Assembly (NCBI GenBank): GCA_002503285.1
Contig: DARI01000002.1
Span: 150,424 to 214,423 of the forward strand
DNA length: 64,000 nt
Direction: 5' to 3'
From: Euryarchaeota archaeon UBA557
GTDB lineage: Archaea; Thermoplasmatota; Poseidoniia; Poseidoniales; Thalassarchaeaceae
Numbering within the stretch: the stretch's first letter is position 1; each line of letters opens with the position of its first letter. Made by a program: the position numbers and the translations under genes. Of the stretch, positions 58,656 to 64,000 are shown in pieces. Below the pieces are notes generated by a model. The model made no database searches. It was not told where the DNA came from and saw only the letters and a program-made list of their open reading frames with translations.

Positions 58656-59753
58656 TCAAACTTTTAAATATGCTTTTTTCAGCATTACTGTATTAACAGG
58701 TTTGTCACTTGAGTCAGTTTCAATATTGCTGATAGCCGTTACATGCTCACAACCATTAATTATTTGCCCAAATACAGTATGAACTCCATCCAAATGATGG
58801 GGCTCACTATCCTGAGGAATCAAGAAGAATTGAGAACCTCCTGTATTAGGTGCGGAGGTTTTTGCCATAGAAATTGTACATGATTCATGGAGTAATCCAG
58901 GAGTTTCTGAGGATGTTTCATCAGGTATTGTCCATTCACTCGAGTCACAATCTGATGGAGAATTGGAAGCTTGGCCATTACAATAACCGAACCATTTACC
59001 GGCATATCCACCCATTCCACTTAGGTGATCTATATCGCCGCCTTGAATCATAAAACCATCTATAACTCTATGAAATTCCGTACTATCATATCTAAGATCA
59101 TTTGTTAACTGTAGGAAGTTTTCAACATGTTTTGGCGCAAAATCAGAATTTAATAAAATTTCAATTGTAGCATCGATTCGTTCTCCATCAGAATCCACGT
59201 ATGATACTTCCATCATAACAGTTCCATTTAATAGTTCAGATGTTTGATTTTCTCCCTTTATAGCATTCCAAAGGCCTACTCCATCGGGATCAACAGTATC
59301 CGTAATAACTTTAAATGATACAAGGAATAACATAATAGTAACAAAAATAACAAACATTCCGCTAGGAGTGGGGTTACCTTCGTCAAACATCTGAAAACCC
59401 CCTTTTATTGAAATAGAATTTTCATCCATCATCGATGCTAATTTATTCATACGTCTGCGTGTTTCCTTGTCTTTGGGATCAAAATTTAAAGCGGTCTTAT
59501 AATTATTATATGCTTTTTGCCAACGTTTCTTTTGAGAATTAGAGTCTATCTCTCCCCAAAGGCATCCTGCATCTGCAGCATATCTAGATGTTTTTGCTCT
59601 TTGAGCATCACTTTTACATTCTTTCCATGCTACATCTCTAAGAATGTCTAAAGCTTTTTCTGGCTCTATCTTTTCTATTAATGTATTAGCATCATCCCAT
59701 GCCTTTTGCAGAGTCTCCGGTACGGACATCATAGTATGCGAGATACTACTCAT
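58656..59753 (-). CDS. Cyclophilin-type PPIase with N-terminal TPR-like region and internal TM helix
   Basis: FHRVIDGFMIQGGD, ISMAK, TGGSQFF, HLDGVHTVFG; TPR-like AYNNYKTALNFDP; TM MFVIFVTIMLFLVSF. Confidence 0.9.
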   Translation of the reverse strand: MSSISHTMMSVPETLQKAWDDANTLIEKIEPEKALDILRDVAWKECKSDAQRAKTSRYAADAGCLWGEIDSNSQKKRWQKAYNNYKTALNFDPKDKETRRRMNKLASMMDENSISIKGGFQMFDEGNPTPSGMFVIFVTIMLFLVSFKVITDTVDPDGVGLWNAIKGENQTSELLNGTVMMEVSYVDSDGERIDATIEILLNSDFAPKHVENFLQLTNDLRYDSTEFHRVIDGFMIQGGDIDHLSGMGGYAGKWFGYCNGQASNSPSDCDSSEWTIPDETSSETPGLLHESCTISMAKTSAPNTGGSQFFLIPQDSEPHHLDGVHTVFGQIINGCEHVTAISNIETDSSDKPVNTVMLKKAYLKV

Positions 59754-59893
59754 TCAAAATGGCAACGGAAACAAATTATAATTAAGGTCACAAAAGAAGT
59801 GAGTAATGGTAATGGCTAAAGACTTAATATGCTCGCAAGTTACTTACTGGGCAAGGAACTGTTCAGCGTCAAATTGTGGAGTTACGTAAAAAG

Positions 59894-61675
59894 ATGGAAT
59901 CTGATGTCAATAATTTTGTAATTAATATCGCCACTGCTAATGGGACTGGTTCCCAATCTTCGAATCTAATTATATTACATACCATGTTTGAAATGGGAGT
60001 CCCAGTAAGTGGCAAAAATTTGTTCCCAAGTAATATTTCGGGCTTACCGACATGGTTCATAATTCGAGCTAGTGAATACGGATATCAAGCCCCTGGTGAC
60101 AAAACTGACATTCAAATTTTGATGAATAAAGATACTTGGCAAGATGATATTGATAAAATGGAGCCGGGTACAGTCGTTATTTACAATGAAGATGTAAAAC
60201 TTCCCGTTGGAAGAGATGATTGTATAGTATTCAGTATGCCAATGACAAAGATGGCAAGAGGTATAGCGCCAAAATTCGCAAAAATGATGGCCAATATGTA
60301 TTATGTTGGTGGGCTTGCATATTTACTTGGAATAAATCTTACAGATATGGAAAAAGCCGTTCATTCTCAATTCAAAGGTAAAGAAAAGGCAATTGAAATG
60401 AATTTACGGGCAATTGGTGAAGGTATCGCTCATGCACAAGAAAATTGGGAGAATACAACAACATTTAGAGTAGAAAAATTAGAAAAAAATCCTGATACAT
60501 ATCTAATAGAAGGTAATGAAGCAACTGCTTTGGGTTCTGTATATGGAGGAATAAATATGCTAGCTTGGTATCCAATAACGCCTTCATCTTCAGTTGCAGA
60601 AGGAATAATAAAATGGCTACCAGAACTTAGAACTGCAAAGGATGGAGGTACTACTTGTGCCGTCATTCAAGCAGAAGATGAGTTAGCCGCAGTTGGAATG
60701 GTAATAGGCGCTGGTTGGGCAGGAGGACGAGGTATGACTTGCACCAGTGGCCCAGGTATTTCTTTGATGTCAGAATTTATTGGATTGTCTTACTTTGCAG
60801 AAGTACCCGGAGTGATATGGGATGTAAATCGCGTAGGCCCTTCAACAGGCCTTCCCACAAGGACCCAACAAGGAGATTTGTCAATGCTATATGAAGCAAG
60901 TCATGGCGATACGCAACATATTGTACTTATTCCTGGAACTGTAAATGAATGTTTTGAATTTGGATGGAGGGCTTTTGATTATGCTGAGAGATATCAGACC
61001 ATGGTATTCGGATTTAGTGATTTAGATTTAGGTATGAATAGGTGGTCTACTGAAGGGTTTGTTTATCCGGATAAGCAAATGGATAGAGGTAAAGTTATTT
61101 ACACTCAGGAGCAACTAGATTCCATTCAGAATTACGGAAGATACCGAGATGTAGATGGAGATGGAATACCTTACAGGACATTACCAGGAAGTGGACTTGA
61201 TCCTATTCTATATCGAGGAACAGGGCATGACGAAGATGGAGTTTATTCTGAAGATCCTGCTGTTTATCAAAAAACTATGATGAGACTACGTGGGAAGATC
61301 GATGGATCACGAGATAATTTACCCTCTCCAGTCATAATTGAAGAAGAAATCAAGGAAGTAGGAATAATATTTTATGGATCTATGCAAAATACCATTGAAG
61401 AAATAGATGATATCTTAGAAAGAACTGGTTTATCTGTTAGTACTTGTAGAGTCAGGGCTTTGCCATATCATTCCAATTTAGAAGAGTTTATTTCTAAGCA
61501 TGATAAAAATATAGTTCTAGAAATGAATAGAGATGGACAATTATTTGGAATTTTAAGAAAGGAGCTTCCTCTAGAATTACTAAGTAAAGTTCATAGCGTT
61601 GCATATAGCGATGGTATGCCTCCTCGAGCAAGATTATATTCAGAGAAAATTCTAGAATTATTGGAGGAAATATAA
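59894..61675 (+). CDS. korA: 2-oxoacid:ferredoxin oxidoreductase alpha subunit (fused gamma-alpha)
   Basis: NGTGSQS, YPITPSS, QAEDELAA, TSGPG, RVGPSTGLPTRTQQGD; substrate not determinable from sequence. Confidence 0.92.
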   Translation: MESDVNNFVINIATANGTGSQSSNLIILHTMFEMGVPVSGKNLFPSNISGLPTWFIIRASEYGYQAPGDKTDIQILMNKDTWQDDIDKMEPGTVVIYNEDVKLPVGRDDCIVFSMPMTKMARGIAPKFAKMMANMYYVGGLAYLLGINLTDMEKAVHSQFKGKEKAIEMNLRAIGEGIAHAQENWENTTTFRVEKLEKNPDTYLIEGNEATALGSVYGGINMLAWYPITPSSSVAEGIIKWLPELRTAKDGGTTCAVIQAEDELAAVGMVIGAGWAGGRGMTCTSGPGISLMSEFIGLSYFAEVPGVIWDVNRVGPSTGLPTRTQQGDLSMLYEASHGDTQHIVLIPGTVNECFEFGWRAFDYAERYQTMVFGFSDLDLGMNRWSTEGFVYPDKQMDRGKVIYTQEQLDSIQNYGRYRDVDGDGIPYRTLPGSGLDPILYRGTGHDEDGVYSEDPAVYQKTMMRLRGKIDGSRDNLPSPVIIEEEIKEVGIIFYGSMQNTIEEIDDILERTGLSVSTCRVRALPYHSNLEEFISKHDKNIVLEMNRDGQLFGILRKELPLELLSKVHSVAYSDGMPPRARLYSEKILELLEEI

Positions 61676-62709
61676 TGTCCATATTAAAATTGAATGTAAT
61701 AGATTTAGATAAATCGGAATATAAAGGAGGTAAATCGTCTCTTTGCCCTGGATGCGGGCATGACCAGATTTCAAATGTGATAATCCAGGCTGCTTGGGAA
61801 AATGGAATAAAACCTGAAGGAATAGCCAAAATGAGTGGAATTGGTTGTTCTTCAAAAACTCCTGCATATTTCCTAGGCAAGAGCCATGGATTCAATACAG
61901 TCCATGGAAGGATGCCCTCGGTTACAACAGGTGCAAATATGGTGAATAAAGATCTATCATTTTTAGCAGTTTCAGGGGACGGGGATACAGCCAGTATAGG
62001 AATTGGACAATTCATTCATGCTATTCGTAGAAATTTGGACATGGTTTATATTATCGAAAATAATGGAGTTTATGGATTGACAAAAGGCCAGTATAGTGCA
62101 ACTGTTGAAAAAGGTTCGAAAAAGAAAAAAGGTACAATGAATGAACAATCACCAATTGATTTGTGCGCTATGGCAGTTAATTTAGGTTGTAGCTTTGTTG
62201 CAAGATCATTTTCAGGAAGTAAAAAGCAGTTGACTGCGTTACTAAGGGCTGCTATGAGCCATAAGGGAATGGCAATTATCGATGTTATTTCCCCATGTGT
62301 TACCTTCGCTAATAACGATGAATCTTACAAATCATATAATTATGTTAAAGAGAATGATGAAGTGTTGCATATAGTAGATTATATCGCACATTTCTCCCCT
62401 ATTGAAGCAGTGGAAGTACCTGCAGGAGAGTTCAAAGAAATAAAATTATTCGATGGTTCGACATTAAGACTTGAGACAGTGGGTAACGAGCATGACCCCA
62501 CCGACCCAGTAGAAGCTCTAAGAGCCATACACGATGCTGATAAAGAAAGTAGGCATGTAACTGGCCTACTTTACTATAATCCCGACAAAAAAACAGCTAC
62601 CGAAACACTAGGATTGACAAATACGCCTCTGATGGCTCTACCAGAATCAGAACTAAGACCTAGTAAACAGAGTCTGGAAGAATTAAATGAGGGTTTTAGA
62701 ACTAATTGA
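61675..62709 (+). CDS. korB: 2-oxoacid:ferredoxin oxidoreductase beta subunit
   Basis: CPGCGH, SGIGCS, HGR, TPP motif GDGD...NN, YGLTKGQ, SPCVTF. Confidence 0.93.
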   Translation: MSILKLNVIDLDKSEYKGGKSSLCPGCGHDQISNVIIQAAWENGIKPEGIAKMSGIGCSSKTPAYFLGKSHGFNTVHGRMPSVTTGANMVNKDLSFLAVSGDGDTASIGIGQFIHAIRRNLDMVYIIENNGVYGLTKGQYSATVEKGSKKKKGTMNEQSPIDLCAMAVNLGCSFVARSFSGSKKQLTALLRAAMSHKGMAIIDVISPCVTFANNDESYKSYNYVKENDEVLHIVDYIAHFSPIEAVEVPAGEFKEIKLFDGSTLRLETVGNEHDPTDPVEALRAIHDADKESRHVTGLLYYNPDKKTATETLGLTNTPLMALPESELRPSKQSLEELNEGFRTN

Positions 62710-62766
62710 GAATTTACTTTTAGTATCGGTTTTCTTGAAATAGAGATGCCGTCTCGGACACACAAT

Positions 62767-62842
62767 AGTCCCTTAGTGTAGTGGTCCATCATGTGGGGTT
62801 CTGGATCCCACGACCCTGGTTCGAATCCGGGAGGGACTACCA
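62767..62842 (+). tRNA. tRNA-Gln(CTG), CCA encoded
   Basis: AGTCCCT...TGGGG TT-CTG-GA TCCCA...GGTTCGAATCC...AGGGACT ACCA. The A1-U72 pair is typical of archaeal tRNA-Gln (GatDE substrate). Confidence 0.97.
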
Positions 62843-62934
62843 ATTTCCTGTAATCCTGAAGAGTTGTGATCAATTATTTCTTAATCATTATCGGTAACTC
62901 AACATGAGAAATGATTTCAAATTACTGTTTTGTA

Positions 62935-63918
62935 TTAAATCGACTGGTTCCACCAGCGCTCATTCCAAATCGACGCATCAATGAATAAATCATAAAATGA
63001 ATCAATCGTGTGCTCAATTGGTTTAGAATAGCCTCCACCCATGAAAATGACCGTCGGAATTCTGTAATCAAGCATCTTCTCAAAAACGTACTGATTTCTT
63101 ATTTTCATCCCTTCTTTAGTAATATTGAGCTTTCCCAAATGGTCATGCTCGAGTCCGTCAACCCCTGCTTGGAAAAGAAGGATATCTGGCTCAAAATCTA
63201 GACTTAATTTGACAGCCTCACGAACTTTTTCAAGGTACAAATCATCACCTGATTCTGGCTCGATAGGCAAATCAAAATCACTCACAGATTTTCGGAATGG
63301 AAAGTTCGTAGAACAGTGTACTGAAATAGTACGAGTTCGAATATCATTAGCCAGTATTGTTGCTGTTCCATCGCCTTGATGTACATCAAGATCTAGAATT
63401 ACTACACGTTTCAATCCTTGATTTTCAAGGGCGTACTTCGCGCTGATGGCGAGATCGTTGAACACACAGTAACCTGAGCCGAAATCTCTGTGAGCATGAT
63501 GAGTTCCTCCTGCCATATTTCCTGTGATTCCACCGTGCTTTATGGCATGAATTGTTGCTTTAACAGCTCCACCGGTCAGGCAAAGTGTTCGTTCTATCAT
63601 CTTTGGAGTCCAAGGAGTAAGGCCAATTCTTCTCATCTCTTTTTCATTTAACTTTCCTTTGAGGAATGCATCAACATAATTTTCATCATGAGCAAGTAGT
63701 AATGATTTTCTTGAGATTGGATCAGGTTTTTGGATTGACATTTTTTTAAATTCTTTTGATTGTTTGAGCATCTTCAGTACCATTTGATAGCGATATTTTG
63801 GGAAACGTGCTTTATCATGAATTCCATCTGTGTACAACGGATGATACCACAAATTGAATGAAGGTTTATTCGCAAAAATTTTGAATTTATTTGAAACCAC
63901 ACACAAAACCTCAAACAA
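62935..63918 (-). CDS. Histone deacetylase family protein (class IV-like); start uncertain
   Basis: RFP..RY, GGTHHA, GYCVFND, DLDVHQGDGT, QAGVD, MGGGY. Confidence 0.92.
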   Translation of the reverse strand: MFEVLCVVSNKFKIFANKPSFNLWYHPLYTDGIHDKARFPKYRYQMVLKMLKQSKEFKKMSIQKPDPISRKSLLLAHDENYVDAFLKGKLNEKEMRRIGLTPWTPKMIERTLCLTGGAVKATIHAIKHGGITGNMAGGTHHAHRDFGSGYCVFNDLAISAKYALENQGLKRVVILDLDVHQGDGTATILANDIRTRTISVHCSTNFPFRKSVSDFDLPIEPESGDDLYLEKVREAVKLSLDFEPDILLFQAGVDGLEHDHLGKLNITKEGMKIRNQYVFEKMLDYRIPTVIFMGGGYSKPIEHTIDSFYDLFIDASIWNERWWNQSI

Positions 63919-64000
63919 GTTATATTATAGTTGAGAAACTCAATCTTAAATACGTGTTTGCTTGAAATGGTAATTCTTTATACTTCTTGGTAAAAGTAAC

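Noticed and set aside
62574..62873. 99-aa ORF on the minus strand
   Set aside because: Antisense to tRNA-Gln and the korB end; VVPPGFEPGS is a typical tRNA-shadow translation.
62843..64000. Possible island integrated at tRNA-Gln (the HDAC gene looks slightly different in composition)
   Set aside because: No integrase and no duplicated tRNA 3' end in the window; the composition shift was not quantified.
63920..64000. Possible 3' end of a minus-strand gene at the window edge
   Set aside because: Two short frames are open and neither is recognisable; cannot be resolved without flanking sequence.
1..64000. CRISPR arrays, IS elements, prophage or defence genes
   Set aside because: No regularly spaced repeats and no transposase, integrase, capsid or nuclease-defence motifs were seen by eye; short or degenerate repeats could have been missed.

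Overview
AT-rich, densely coding chromosomal segment of a euryarchaeon of the Thermoplasmata lineage. It is most consistent with Marine Group II (Poseidoniales); this is inferred from gene content and style, not from a search. It contains a complete A-type ATP synthase operon (atpHIKECFABD), isoprenoid lipid genes, a two-subunit RPA locus, pelota, GatD, RFC small subunit, aconitase and a 2-oxoacid:ferredoxin oxidoreductase. There are three tRNAs: Phe-GAA, intron-containing Met-CAT and Gln-CTG. Several genes look bacterial in type (RNase PH, SMUG1, IcmF, CspA, 2-aminophenol-1,6-dioxygenase-like pair, PI-PLC), and there is a 2186-aa surface protein. No CRISPR array, transposase, integrase or rRNA was seen. 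Best leads: (1) a 77-nt tRNA-Met intron with box C/D guide-RNA-like layout; (2) an amino-acid permease fused to two EF-hands, divergent from a Ca-dependent PI-PLC lipoprotein and near an Aur1/Ipt1-like phosphotransferase; (3) an aminophenol ring-cleavage mini-operon; (4) several intact enzyme homologues with eroded active sites; (5) a triple-SAP protein and an unannotated 38-aa leader ORF flanking the RPA operon. All functional calls come from motif recognition by eye.
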